Shown in pieces: positions 33,301 through 45,940 of a stretch of DNA of 64,000 nt. Each line of letters starts with the position of its first letter. The stretch's first letter is position 1. Source of the DNA: Octopus sinensis (taxonomy: Eukaryota); the NCBI RefSeq assembly GCF_006345805.1, contig NC_043001.1, positions 38,626,001 through 38,690,000 on the forward strand, given 5' to 3'. A model generated the notes under the pieces. The model ran no database searches, was not told where the DNA came from, and saw nothing but the letters and a program-made list of their open reading frames with translations. The translations under genes were made by a program, and so were the position numbers.

Positions 33301-34479
33301 CATACATATATATGGTTGAAATTTATAGAAAAACAAAAAATGAAGACAGATGTATGAACAATAAGAAGTTGTATAAGTTTGATGTTTAGGAAAGTGGAAA
33401 AGTATTTTACATTTCAAGCCTACACTCTTCAATAGAAAGGAATAAGAGAAAATAAAAGAGAGAAAATAAAAAAACCTTGTGGATTTAGTAGTCAAGCATG
33501 GTGACTGGTTAGAAAAAAAGGTTTGACAGGAGAGGTTGAAAGAAGGGGAGATAATAAAGTATTAGCAATTTCAAAACAATGGTGTGCATGCATGTGTGAG
33601 TACATGAGAATGTGTGTGTGTGGATAGGGGCCAGTGACTTTGATGTGTGTGTGTAAGTGTGTGTCTGTGATGTGTGGATGATGGTGTGTAGGTGATGGTG
33701 TGTGGTGTGGGTGCTGGGAAGGGGTTAGTGCTAGTGTGTGTGATGCGGTGTGTATGTATAGCTAGCTAGATAGATAGACAGACAGATATAATCATTTAAC
33801 ATCTGTATTCTATGCTGGCATGGGCTGGGCAGTGAGACAGCTTCAGATGTATCAGAGTACTGGGTTGAGTATCAGTACTTCTTCAACATAATTTCTATGG
33901 CTGGATGTCCTCCCTCATGCAAACTACTTTACAGAACATAGGGAGTGCATTTTTCATGGCACTGCCACAAGTGATGTCACCAAGTAACTCAAAACAAAAA
34001 AAAAAATGAAGTGTAGGAGAGAGGGAAGTGGCTTTATATAAGAGGCTAAAGTATGATAGTGGGACAAGAACAAGTGTCTTGCTGCAAAAAAGATATACAG
34101 TTACCCTGCATTATATAAGGGTGATTTGGAGTAGCTGGAAAAAGAGATAAAAATAATGGTGAACCTTCAAAGTACAAAAAGATAAGTATAAGAAAGAAAA
34201 TAAACAGAGGATTGGAAAAGGGAAATGGGTAAGTTTGCAAGAGTGTGAGAGGCGACAGACAAAGAGGAGTAGAGGCAAACCACACACATTTATTGTGTTG
34301 AATCAAAAATTTTGCAATATTTTGGTAACTTTTTTGTTTTATTCATCAAATTACAACAAAAGCAGCCTAGCATTCAGAGTAGATTTCATCAACATGCTAC
34401 CTTCCTGTTAGCTCTTTGATCCCATGATGAAACCAGTTCTTTTTTTTTTTTGAGGCAAAGAACTCCTTCACTGAATCAT

Positions 34480-35010
34480 CTAATACCTAATGTGCATAAA
34501 CAGCAGTTAAGCAAGGGCCAGATTCTGGAACCTGTTGCCAAAACTTGGGTGTTTCAAATACAAGATGATTCTCTGCATCATGAAGGGATAATTCACTGTG
34601 AGTTCACTTTGGACAGCTGAACCACTGACACCAACCTGTACTCTGAATAGTAGGAGTGGATGTATGCCATTGTGGCAAAAATAACTTGCACTGATTAACA
34701 GAAAGCAAGCTCATCTGTAGCCTAACAATGCAAGTACTTACAAGCTCAAACAACTCAGAATATACCCAGGAACTTGAGGGACTGAACTGATGTCACACCT
34801 AGTATATAGACTGGACCTCAGATTATTACTTGTTCTGATCCATGGGTCACCTCTAAAACTTGTGAAATTTATCAATCAAGAGGAGGTGGAAGCTTCAGTG
34901 AAGGAGTTCTTTGTCTTAAAGGATAAGAACTGGTATCAGCATGGAATCAAAGAACTGACAGAAGGGCTGGCTTCAGATGTTGTAACATGGTGGCATCTAC
35001 TTTGAATGCT
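34480..35010 (+). mobile_element. Mariner transposase remnant
   Basis: Decayed catalytic region: KMIL...GIIH.E, LINRKQ..L..NNA, H..Y..DL...DY.LF, F.NQEEVEASVKEFF..KDKNWYQHGIKEL. Confidence 0.8.
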
Positions 35011-35339
35011 AAACTGCTTTTGTTCTAACTTGATAGATAAAGCAAATAACTTATCAAAATATTGCAAAACTTTTGACTCAACACAATACACACATACATA
35101 CAAACAAACAAACAAATAATCAATCAATCAATAAATGACATTTGAAGCGACAAGTTGCATATTTAGTGTGGTAGACTATTTTATAAAAAATTCGATGAAT
35201 ACTATCTCCAACTTTGAAGCCACAGCTATCAGCCTTGTTAAATAACTGGTTAATCTTCAAATGAATTAACTGAGGGAGACTTTTATTCATGTAGTGGTTT
35301 TTAAATGAAACCTAATTTTATCATGCAGATTTACAACAA

Positions 35340-38070
35340 CATGGCTCAGAATAAAAACAAAAGCTCAACAGGTAAACAGATTCTTTTTAGCTGTAGTTAT
35401 AGAAGAAACTGTAAATACAAAACACATTTTTCTTGGAGTTATGAACTGAATACTGATTTACTTAACTGATATAAAAGAGTGAAAGAAAATCCTGTTGTTG
35501 GATATATGAATAGACTGAAATCATACTGGGACAATCTCCACCCAGAACTAAATAATTTCACTACAAAACAATTAGGTCCACAAGCAACATTAGTGGAACA
35601 TAGGAAAATTAGTGAATGTAAACTGTATTAAAAGCAAGATCTGAAATTAACCATCTCCCAAACAATATAAACAAAAATGTGAACAATGTTATAACATATG
35701 GTTTCACAGTTAGTGACATTTCAACAGATACTATACTGCCTGCCAGCCAAACTACATTACAGGCTAAAGCAATTAACCACTGTCCTTCTACTACAACTAT
35801 AGTAAATAGCAGGCACAACTGCAACGATCATTGTAGTAGTAACAGACAGGGTTATATCAGTGAAATATGCCCTTAATACAATTTTTCAAGAAAAGCTTTG
35901 AAGTACTCTCTCAAAGAGAGCGTATTCTCTACAAAAATAAGCCAAATACAATGAAATTAGAAAGGTGTATTTACAACAGTGTAATGAGCCTTCATTCTGG
36001 TATATTAATGCCTGTGTATATGCCTGGTTTACTACTGCAAAGCTGTACATGAATGACACTCAGAAAGTAAACAAAACCAAAACAATGAAGAAAGTGCCAT
36101 CATAGGTTTTGAAGACAAAGAAAAAGACAGTTGATTTACAGAAGACAATCAGCTATGTGATGATGTTTATTGCTTGCAAACAAGCAAATCACTATATGTC
36201 TCACTAACAAAAAGTAAAGGAGATAAAAGTGATGTCTGGAGATAGCAAAAGGAGAACATTCAATTGCAAACTGATGATCCGTAAGTAGGAGCTAAAAGCT
36301 GCCAGTAAGAGACTCCAACATGAGACGAGAATAACTCAAAGAAAAGCAATAAAAAAAGTAATAACTGGAATCAGGCAGCTGTGTGCAGAGACATGAGAAG
36401 AGAAGCAGTAAACATCATAGAAACTCCTTCACAAGAAGACATAGACTCCTTCTGGATAAAAATCTTGAGTGAAGACATGGAGTTTAACCAAGATGCTCTT
36501 TGGCTGGAAGAAATTCGAAGAAGTTATTGTCTCTGCATTACACCCAAGACTTACAGCATTGATGATGATACCCTTAAAACTGTAATCCAGAAATTTCAAG
36601 ATAGAAAGGCACCTGGAAGAGGATTGTTGGCTACTGGTACAAGAAGCTAATCTTCTGCAAACATTATCGTATCAACCTGTACCAGCAAGCTCTCAATGGG
36701 AATAGTAGCATACCACACTGGTTAGTTCTGGTAGAGACAAAACTGATCTCCAAAAGCAGAACCACCCACACAGCCACAAACTATCAACCAACTGCATCCC
36801 AGAACTTAATGTATAAAATATATACAGCCTGTTTAAACCCCTTCCTCCAAAACCATTGTGAAAGTAATAACATTATCACAGCAAAACAAGCAGTTGGGAA
36901 GAAAGGTGTCTGGGGATGTGCCAAGCAATTGTTATAAACAAATTTAATGACAGATGTGTGGAAGCATAGAAGGAACCTAGTTTCAATGTGGCTGGACTAC
37001 AAGAAAGCCTTTGACTCTGTTCTCCATTCATGGATGCTAGAAGCACTTGACTTGATAAAATTCCAGTGAGCATAGTCAGAGCCATAGCTGACCTGACTTC
37101 ATCATGGGCCACTATCTTGAAGTTATATACAAAGAATAATTGAATTATTACTGACAGAATACAGAGGTGTGTCCCAAGGGGATAGCCTCTCTGTGATGTT
37201 CAGATTTTTGGTAAACCCCTTGTCAATCATGTTAAGGAAGTCTCAAGGGTATCTCACTGATTAACAAGAAAATGGAAACACCAAAATAACACACTGTTTC
37301 TTTGTGGATGAATATGAATGAGATGAAAAAGAGCCTTGACTTGGTTACAAAATTTTCAAGAGATATAGGATTGGAGTTTGGTCAGGATAATTGCTATATG
37401 GTTGTGAAAAGAGGGAAAACTGTAAACCAGACTAGCAACATCTCCATCAATGACTTAACTGTTTCCCCTGTATCTGGTGAGGAATATTACAGGTACCTAG
37501 GAGTGGAAGAAAACACAACTTATGATGGCATCTGTAACAAAACACATGTCACTAAAGAATATTACAGCTGAATAAAAAAATATGGACCTCAGAACTCTCT
37601 GCATTCAATAAAACAGTGGCCCACATTTGGGCTAATTGACTGGATATTTGATGAGATCCAACCCGTTGATGTGAAAACCTGGAAAATACTAACGAACTCA
37701 TATGATTTCCACATCAACTTTGATGTAGACTGCCTCTACCTAAAATGAAAACAAGATGACAGAGGCTTAACATTGATCCAAACTGCATTTGAATGTCCTG
37801 TCCTAACTCTTCAGCAACATCTTTAACCACCAAGTGTTGAAGTTCATCCCTTGACCAAGTTTGCGCACATGAGGCTGATAATATCATGAGTCTTGAAAAG
37901 CAGTTTCTTGAGCAGCATTCCTTGTCTGATAACCTTAAACACGTGCCCAAGGAAGTCGCATAACTGTACTGCAATGTATCATCAGATGAAAGGATGAGCA
38001 TTTATCAGCAGAAGACCATACATGGGTATGCTAACAGAAAACTCCTGGGTAATAGTAGCTGTAATATGAG
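35340..38070 (+). mobile_element. Degenerate R4/Dong-like non-LTR retrotransposon
   Basis: Fragments in order: GYMNRLKSYWDNLHPEL, PSQEDIDSFWIKI, KAPG, WLDYKKAFDSV, GVSQGDSLS, F-FVD, FSRDIGLEFG, YRYLGVEE, DVDCLYL. Many stops. Confidence 0.85.
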
Positions 38071-38199
38071 GAACAAATTGCAATTCACCTACGTTTCAGT
38101 GTCGACTGTCCAGCTGAGTTAAATCTGAGTCACACCATACCAGTCTGACCTAACACTAGAACCTACAGCTAATTCCCTTTCTAGCTTGCATGTCAATGC

Positions 38200-39090
38200 A
38201 CATCTGTCCACTCCCACTGCCTGAGGTCAAAGCAGCCCACGCTAGTCCTACTTCCACCTACTTCCTAATCTCTCTTCTGGTAGGACCCCTCAGGTATTGA
38301 TGTCATTGACCATTTCCTCCCAGTTCACCTCATCTCAAAAATCACCTCACTTCACTCCATGTTGAAATCTGCCATCCACCTGTGTAGATGGCTCACTCAC
38401 TGTGATTTCTGCAGGGATGGAGTGCTGTCCACTTCCTCTCCTCCACTTTCGTTGTCCAACAAAATAACAATTCTGTGAACACTGAAGACATGATGCAGCA
38501 TTCCATCTACCGAGATATTATTTTTGGAATTAATAGCCATCACTGTCCCTCTGTTCCACTGAGATGTACAGAGTGACTTTGGATGCTTGATGCAAACTTC
38601 ATCTTCCTACCTGCACAAAGGTAGGCTCTCTCTTTTCCACAAGGTGTTGTGATGCTGTACATGGATGTTGCCATTCATACTTGAATATTGTTTTGTGTAG
38701 CAAGGACTCCTCAGCCTGTCCTGATCAGGGTGACATATTGTACCAAAATACTACTTCCATGGCCTTGATCATGCGATGGTGTCTTTCCATGATTCCATTT
38801 CTACTCAGCCATTCTGCTGAAGTGGTGTACATTTTACTTATTGAGTATCTCCTTTAGCACCTTTGAACAAAATGGAGTGTTGTTGTCTGACTGTCAGCAA
38901 TTCATTCACAGGGACCTGCCCCCAAAAGATCTCATTCAAGATAAGTGCAACCTCATCTGCAGTGCCCATCTTAATTTCCCTTCATATTGCTTTCTGACCT
39001 GGTCCACAGATAACCATCAAGAGATATATCCCCTGCCAGTAATGTGTCACATCCACTGCCAATCATCTCTAGTTGTGCTCTACTGAGATG
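38200..39090 (+). mobile_element. Penelope-like element remnant
   Basis: Decayed RT-like text ending in GPQITIKRYIPC..NV..IHC...LY, similar to the GIY-YIG segment at 53.0-53.4 kb. Confidence 0.55.
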
Positions 39091-39094
39091 TTTC

Positions 39095-40700
39095 TTGGCT
39101 CATGCACACCCAAAAGGAGGGTCGAATGATTGACACCTATCACAACTCCCGACTACTTTTTGAATGCTCTGCTTAGTAATGTTGGAGACAACCTTCCTGG
39201 TAAGATACAGGCTTCTATCTATGCCCATATAATTCATGACATGCAGTCTCCTTAGTTCTGAGGCACCTAGCCAACACACTGCAGTTATACTCTGCTCCAA
39301 ATCTTCTAGCACTGCCAACCAAGCCTTTTTCACCCCAGTTGGAATGTATGCCTTATTCTTGTCTGAGGGCACAAAGACCACACTCAGCTTCAAACCAAGT
39401 TTGACAGCTAGCTCTCCCAGAACCCCTAGGTGGCACTTTATTAACAACTCTGCAGCCTGTTTGTTTTGAACCCTCCTTTCATTGGTGATCACTGATCCCA
39501 CTCATCCAAGTACAGTAGTCGAATCAGTTCAGATTTTGATAAAGTGCAGCTCCATTTCAGGGCCAGATTCCCCCACTTAAGCATGTCATCTAACTCAGCG
39601 ACATTTTTGGAGCCAGGCTGTGATTGGATAGTGACCCATTAGTCTCCCACACATTGAGAATAGTTCTTGTCTGTTGATGCTAGTACCCAGTTCCAGAATC
39701 TCATTTGCTCTCGAAAAGAGCAACACACTGTTTTGTCTCTTTGAAGCTTGAGCCCCAGTGCAGCTCCTCCAACCTTTGGCTCCGGTGTTTTCACAGTTAG
39801 CTTGAACACTTTTATGTGACTTATGACCTTTGCAGAAGACACTAAAGTCCAGTACCGGCCTATCCTTACCCTTCGTTGCCTGCACCACAACCATTAGTGG
39901 CAGCACTCTGCTCTTCACTTCCTTCTTCCACAGGATTAAGATACCCTCCTTGATCCATTTTTCTACCTCTCTTTCAAACTTGCTCTTGGCATCTCCTTTC
40001 AAGGTATGCTGATAACAGCTTAGCCTGTTCCTCAGTGTTGGGGGCTCTCCTTTCTGGTACCACTCAGCCATTCACTGCTGACAGTTGAACACTGCCTGAA
40101 AATCCTTAACCTCAATGGTGTAAGCGGTACAACCCTCTGCCCCCTCTCTTGTTGCAGACTCATAGTGCATGACACCTCTGCACCATCAAATGAAACCATG
40201 TCTCTACAAACACTGACATCACCTAGGCAATAAATTGCACACTACCTTCTCCACTTTGCTGCTACCTTTACATCCAATTTCACTGCTGTTAAGTGCCCTA
40301 ACACTACTCATCCCCTTACACTTGTTTTTGTCACCCTTGGTGTCATGAGAGACATTGTGCAGCCCATATCCATGAGGGCTTTGAACACCTTTCCTCCAAC
40401 TAAGACTTCAACTATAGGTGCAGCACCTGCACGAGAGCCTCTACTTGCTCACATGGGAAGTTTGAAAGGCAGCAACTTCCCCATGGCTTTTTCCCTGGCT
40501 TCAGATTCAAGTGATATACCCTGTCCACTTGTACCGGTAGCAGATGGGTTTGGCTTTGTCTCCACACAGTCCCTTGCCATGTGCGGTCCCTGGCACAATG
40601 CACCCCTAAGACCTCTCAAATCATCCAATGGAATATGGACAAGAAAAATGAGAGATAGTATGCAAAAGAGAAAACCACGTTGGTACATGTGACGTATATG
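39095..40700 (-). mobile_element. Internally deleted Gypsy-type LTR retrotransposon remnant
   Basis: Minus-strand order: gag knuckle (LCQGPHMARDC), protease (VLVGGKVFKALMDMGCT), RT N-terminus (FEREVEKWIKEGIL..LPLM.VVQ.TKGK.RPVLDF), RNase H end (VFVPSDKNKA), integrase zinc finger (GIDRSLYL..CDRCQSFDP). Confidence 0.85.
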
Positions 40701-42297
40701 GATGATGACAGCATCATAAAAATTGTTGTGTACTCAGAACGGACAGTGATATATAGAAGGGGAAAATCTAGATAGACATGAGATGGCATTCACTCACTAT
40801 CCTCTCTCTGCAGTCTCTTTACCTGAAATACTTTCAGTATATTCATCCTCTGCTCTTCTCCCCACCTGTAGCAGACCCTTCAGCCTTTCTTTTTTTTTCA
40901 CTACTTCTGTTATATTCACCCACTTATTCTCCACAGCTATATTTCTTCTTTTAATGTTCTTTCCCCATAATAGCTCACCTCAATACCATCTTATTTCTCC
41001 CTCTTTCATTGACACCCTTGATTCCATCACATCTCATTAGGTCAATGACCCTTTTGTTGCAACCTCTCTGGATTCTTACTACCTTTAGCTCTTTAACGTA
41101 TGTTCCCTCTACTACCATATTTTATTTAAAACATGGAGAAGCATTGGATACCCTCCATTTAATTCATTCCATTACTCTTACTACTCTGTCTGATTCTCAC
41201 TAAAACCAAGTTGCTTGTTTATGTGGATAAACACAAACTACATTAGTTCTCTGGTTGGACAAGGTCTAGAGTCTGTAGGTCAGAGCAGCATTAATACACA
41301 GAGATTTGTACTCTCTTCTCAACCAGGTCCATCACTCTTTTTAGGTGTGACTAACAGACAAGTATGGAGCAATTCACCTATCAATTGTTATTGAAGTCAT
41401 GTCAGTACATCTCCCTGCTGTGTGCAACACAACTACCTTTCCTTCTCTTTTCTAAGGGAGTTAGGAATCACGCAAAGTGTAATGTAAATATCACTGTATC
41501 ACAGTATTGATCAGACTACCAGATGTTGTTATACACTGCTGGTCACAATGCACTTCCAATTCTGTCCTGATTGTACAATTCTTTTCCATCTTGATCCGAA
41601 CGACTTGACCAGATCATCCTCCTTTGTTGTGAAGTTCTTCTAAGTGGCCTTTCCAATCTTTTGGATACTATTTAGCAACTGCATGGATCCATCAGTTGTC
41701 TGTGAACTTTGCGACATGTTTGGCCCTGCAGAACTTGTGCCTTTGATATTTTGTGATCACATCATTCATTCTGATCCATTCTCAAATTATCTCAACCAGA
41801 ATAATGTAAATACATAAATTAAAAGATTTTAAGTGCATTTTCTTTGATGTCAGTTTTCAGTAACTCAGGACCAGCAATCATTTACTTATGCTTTACCCTT
41901 TTTGTTGCTCTTTAATGTGTCAATCAATTTGTTCTTATTCCCAAGTTCCATCTTACTGATTTTTCATTTGTTTTTGTAATGTCATTTTCTCATTTATTTA
42001 GTTCATAAGTTCCAGTATTAAATATTTTAAGAAAAGAATGTGGGGAACATTTTAAGAAGAGGGGAAAAAATGATGATGTAACAATATTGGGTTAAGTTCT
42101 AAAGAAAGGCTGGAAGTGATGAAGATAAAGTAGTCACAGATTAGGATGTTTTAGTTTGCCAAGTAATGTGATATACATTTGGGTGATTGAGGGACTATTA
42201 GGAAAGTTAGATTATTAATTTAATTAGGCAAATAAATAAATGAATAAATAGAGAGCAACAAAAATAAAACATAAATGAAAATCACTAGGTAATATAC

Positions 42298-42354
42298 TTA
42301 GGTCAGTTAAGTGTCCAGATGAATCATAGATGGCATTGGCAACCTCGTGTACAT
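42298..42354 (-). CDS. Unique micro-exon (57 nt, phase 1-1): (N/D)VHEVANAIYDSSGHLTDL, NxxY motif
   Basis: Acceptor tttctattcatacattttcag| and donor AA|GTATAT; length divisible by 3; open. Confidence 0.68.
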
Positions 42355-43442
42355 CTGAAAATGTATGAATAGAAATGCATAAATACTTTCTGTATTTATT
42401 TCCATATATCAAAAAGTAATTAAATTTATGACACAGACAAGCTATATTAACCTGAATTTATTTTAAATTTTAATGGACTTTTAAAAAATAGAATTGTTTG
42501 TAATGTAAATACATTCTAAAAACTAGGATGCTTTTAAGGATCAGTGCTTTAACTTCGATTTCTCGCTGTGTGTGAGAGTGTGTGTACATGTGAACACACA
42601 TGTAACTTTCACTCATCGATATCAATGAAATGATGTAAGCACTGATGAGGAAAATTGATTTCTAAACTAAAATACTATGTTCTGCTTTGAAATGTTTATA
42701 AGTTAGTGCTAAAACTGCTGGTGGTTGCTACTCTTTTCTTTATGTCAACAGTAAACTTTTATCTCCTACATTGCTCAGTAAAAAGCTTCATCTTTCAACT
42801 AACAGCTAGTCCTACATCTGTAATAGGAAGTGGGCCCAAACAAAGAAGAAATTAGACATGTGTCTTAGTGTTTTATAATGTTGATTAATAAATATTTCCC
42901 CTTGTTTTTAAAGTAATATTTTTTCCAATAAACCAGGTATGAAAGAATGTTTGATTGTGATGCTGATAAGATTAAGCAATACTTTATAAAATAAAGATTG
43001 TATATAGAGAAGTAGTTTGGGAAAACAGTCATCAGTGTTATTTTTGTATTGTGGACAAAATCTATCATTTGAACTGAAATGCATAAAACTCCTCAAATCA
43101 ACAAAATTTCATCCCAGAATCTATCCAAGATACTCTATCTTATGATTTAGAAAATTAATTCAAAAGTAATGAAGGAATGGATACAATATTTGATAACAGA
43201 AATTAATTTTGTTCAAATAAGAATAGTCTTAAGAATTTCTTAGTGGCTTCTGGATGGCTTCTTGCCCTTTTTGAGACATTGTAAACTGGTGAGTATCGAG
43301 AGGGGGAAGGTATTAATGTCACAACTTGCATTTTCAATTCTTTACTGTCAGTAGAATTAGCTCATTGACAAATACTATCTGATCATAAATGGTTAAATTT
43401 TTGATCTTTTTATTGCACTAGCACAGGGAAACTTTAAGTTAC

Positions 43443-43454
43443 TTTCTATATAAT
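43443..43454 (-). CDS. Candidate 12-nt micro-exon (phase 1-1): DYIE
   Basis: Acceptor tttctttttgaaaccctag| and donor AA|GTAACT; separated from the 33-nt exon by a 69-nt GT-AG intron (43455-43523). Confidence 0.5.
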
Positions 43455-43523
43455 CTAGGGTTTCAAAAAGAAAATCCTTTATTTATAAGTTTGTATCAAT
43501 AAGAATAGAGGGTGCCAAAATAC

Positions 43524-43556
43524 CTTCTGTATTACGATGTTGAAGATCTCTTCCAT
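43524..43556 (-). CDS. Unique micro-exon (33 nt, phase 1-1): DGRDLQHRNTE
   Basis: Acceptor attaatactatag| and donor AAG|GTATTT; length divisible by 3; open. Confidence 0.58.
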
Positions 43557-43890
43557 CTATAGTATTAATAGCTGGAAACAAATGGATAGAATACATTAGC
43601 TCAAATAGTAACAAAAGTTATGAAAAAAACTGAATTATTATTTCTTAAAAGTCAATAAAAAGCTTAAGTCTTAGAATAATAAACAAACTGAGTTGGTGTA
43701 TTTTAAAAAGTGAAACTGACATTTGTTCTAAAATTTTTTATACCCAATATAATAAATTGTTATTTTAAAGTGTGACAAATGTAAGAAAATATACTTCAAT
43801 AATTTTGGGGTTGTAAATTGAATAATGACCTTGGTATCTATCATGGTGCATGTATATATAAAAGTATGCATTGCATATATAACATACACA

Positions 43891-43892
<2 letters not shown>

Positions 43893-43954
<62 letters not shown>

Positions 43955-43960
43955 GAGAGA
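43893..43960. repeat. (GA)n microsatellite
   Basis: Direct reading. Confidence 0.95.
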
Positions 43961-44109
43961 GAAGCAAAGAAATTTTCAGTTTCTAAAAAAGAATGCTCTT
44001 TGTGATGTGGGCTTGCTAATTTTGCATAAATGAGATCACTATGAGGGATTAGCAGGGTCAATAAGGAGGTTGTACTGCAAGTTCTTGGCATAAATAATGA
44101 TTTTGTCTT

Positions 44110-45010
44110 GATAGGGTGTTCTGACAAAATTTGATAATTTTTGGTTTTCTTTTTCAGGAAAGGTTGATGTATTGGTGAACTAACAATGGCATTGAAAGTA
44201 TAAAAGATTTTAAGTTGTAGTTGAGAAAAATGTTAGCTGATATGGAGGACTGGAAGCCGTCTGAATATCAGGAAAAGTGTTACCTACATCTGATGATTGC
44301 CACCAGATATAAAAATGCCAACACCATGACTACTGCTGAATTCTCTGTGAATGCCATAAAGGCTGTAAGACTAGGCATGGACAGCTGCAATGGAGACTAT
44401 GAAGCCATGATCAACAGGAAGAGACAGTGATGTGATGTCATCTTGCTCCCATCTTTGAACAAAGCCTCAGGCTCAATTTAGATGGCTATATAAAGCTGGT
44501 GGAGACTGTGATCAAACACTGGCTGAAAAGGATTACTGCTGGAAGGTCACATATGTGGCAGCATGATTCAGGACATTGCCATACCTCCAGAAAGTGTCAA
44601 AAGTGGTTGTCCAAGAATTTCTACAACTTCACCAACTCCAATTTCTGGCCTCCTATTTATCCCAATTGTAATCCCATGAGTTACTTTGAGTAAGGTGTTG
44701 TTGAGAAAGGCACCGACTGCTTTGCCCGCAACACATAGCCAAGCTGGTGGTCAAAGTCAAGGAGGTGTTCAAAGACCTTCTCAGAGACATAGTGAGGAAC
44801 ATATGTGCCAGGTTCCAGAGCCATCTTGAGGCTGTGGTGGAAGCTGAGGATGACTACTCTGAGTAAACTTGAGGCTGTGGTGGAAGCTGAGGATGACTAC
44901 TCTGAGTAAACTGTTATCGCCCAGCCATAATCTAGTTAATCCTTTTTGATTTTTAAAAAATACTTTCAATCTTTGAGAAAGAAGAGTTCTGTCAACTTGA
45001 TTTGTTCTAC
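44110..45010 (+). mobile_element. Internally deleted Tc1/mariner-superfamily transposon (duplicated at ~46090-46990)
   Basis: WQHDSGHCHTSRKCQKWL..NF..F....WPP..PNCNPMSY...GVVEK ... CARFQSHLEAVVEA is a mariner-like second half; the central region is missing. Confidence 0.8.
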
Positions 45011-45479
45011 ACATACTATATCAAGTTTACATGGTACCTTCTTCAACTGAATAAGTGATAGGTCTAGCCACCAATGTCATCACAAGTCACTCTTGTATTA
45101 GAGCACTGGAAATGGTATTCTGTTTCATATTAAAGCAACCAAAAGTTATTCTAATATTTTGTGGTGAATTTCTGTCAAAGACAGGAATATGCTTGGTTAT
45201 ATTCTAATTAACTAACTTTGAGGGTAGTAATCTTATGATAAACAATTTGTATTAATTCAAAATTAGAAAAAGTCAACTCTGCAGGGTAATTGGCACTAGG
45301 AAGGGCATCTAGGCATAAAAGCCATGCCAAAACAGACACTGAAGCCTCGTGCAGTCTTCTGCTTAGTCAGCTCCTGTCAAGCCATCCAACGCATGCCAGT
45401 AATACAAGGTAGACATTAAATATATGATGGTGATGTTTACATACATACATATAAACGTATACAGACATATACATATATA

Positions 45480-45940
45480 CACATCATCATCATTGTCATT
45501 TAGTGTCTGCTTTCCATGCTGGCATGGGTTGGACGGTTTGACTGAGGACTGGCAAACTGGAAGGCTGTACCAGGCTCCAATCCAATCCAGCAAAGTTTCT
45601 ACAGCTGGATGCCCTTCCTAACATCGACCACTCTGAGAGAGAAGTGGATGCTTTTTATGTGCTGCCAGTATGAGGGCCAGTCAGGTACTGGCTTTTTACG
45701 TACCACCAGCCAGCACTGGCATTGACTACACTTGAATGGTGCTTTTTACATGCCACCGGCATGGGAACTAGTCAGTTGGCACTGGCAATGATCATGCTCA
45801 AATGGTGCTTTTAACGTCCCATTGGCACGGGTGACAATCAGGCAGTACAGTCATTGGCCATGACAAGGATTTCACTTGCTTCAACAGGTCTTCGTAAGCG
45901 CAGTTTATTGCCCAATGATTGAAGGGTACTCTGAAATGGG
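45480..45940 (-). mobile_element. RTE 3'UTR fragment
   Basis: (TCA)n tail and repetitive 3'UTR like 24300-24830. Confidence 0.8.

Noticed and set aside
42804-42817. Good minus-strand acceptor (ctaat...cttcctattacag|ATGTAGGACTAGCT)
   Set aside because: The nearest donor gives 14 nt, which breaks frame, and read-through hits TGA after seven codons; not supportable without RNA data.
43346-43378. 33-nt AG/GT-bounded minus-strand segment near the real micro-exons
   Set aside because: Contains an in-frame TGA in phase 1.
44017-44034. Perfect ITIM LIYAKL in minus-strand ORF 43765-44127 (duplicated near 46000)
   Set aside because: Nearby acceptors are phase 2 and no GT donor follows, so it cannot join the phase-1 gene model; probably chance, though worth a glance in RNA-seq.
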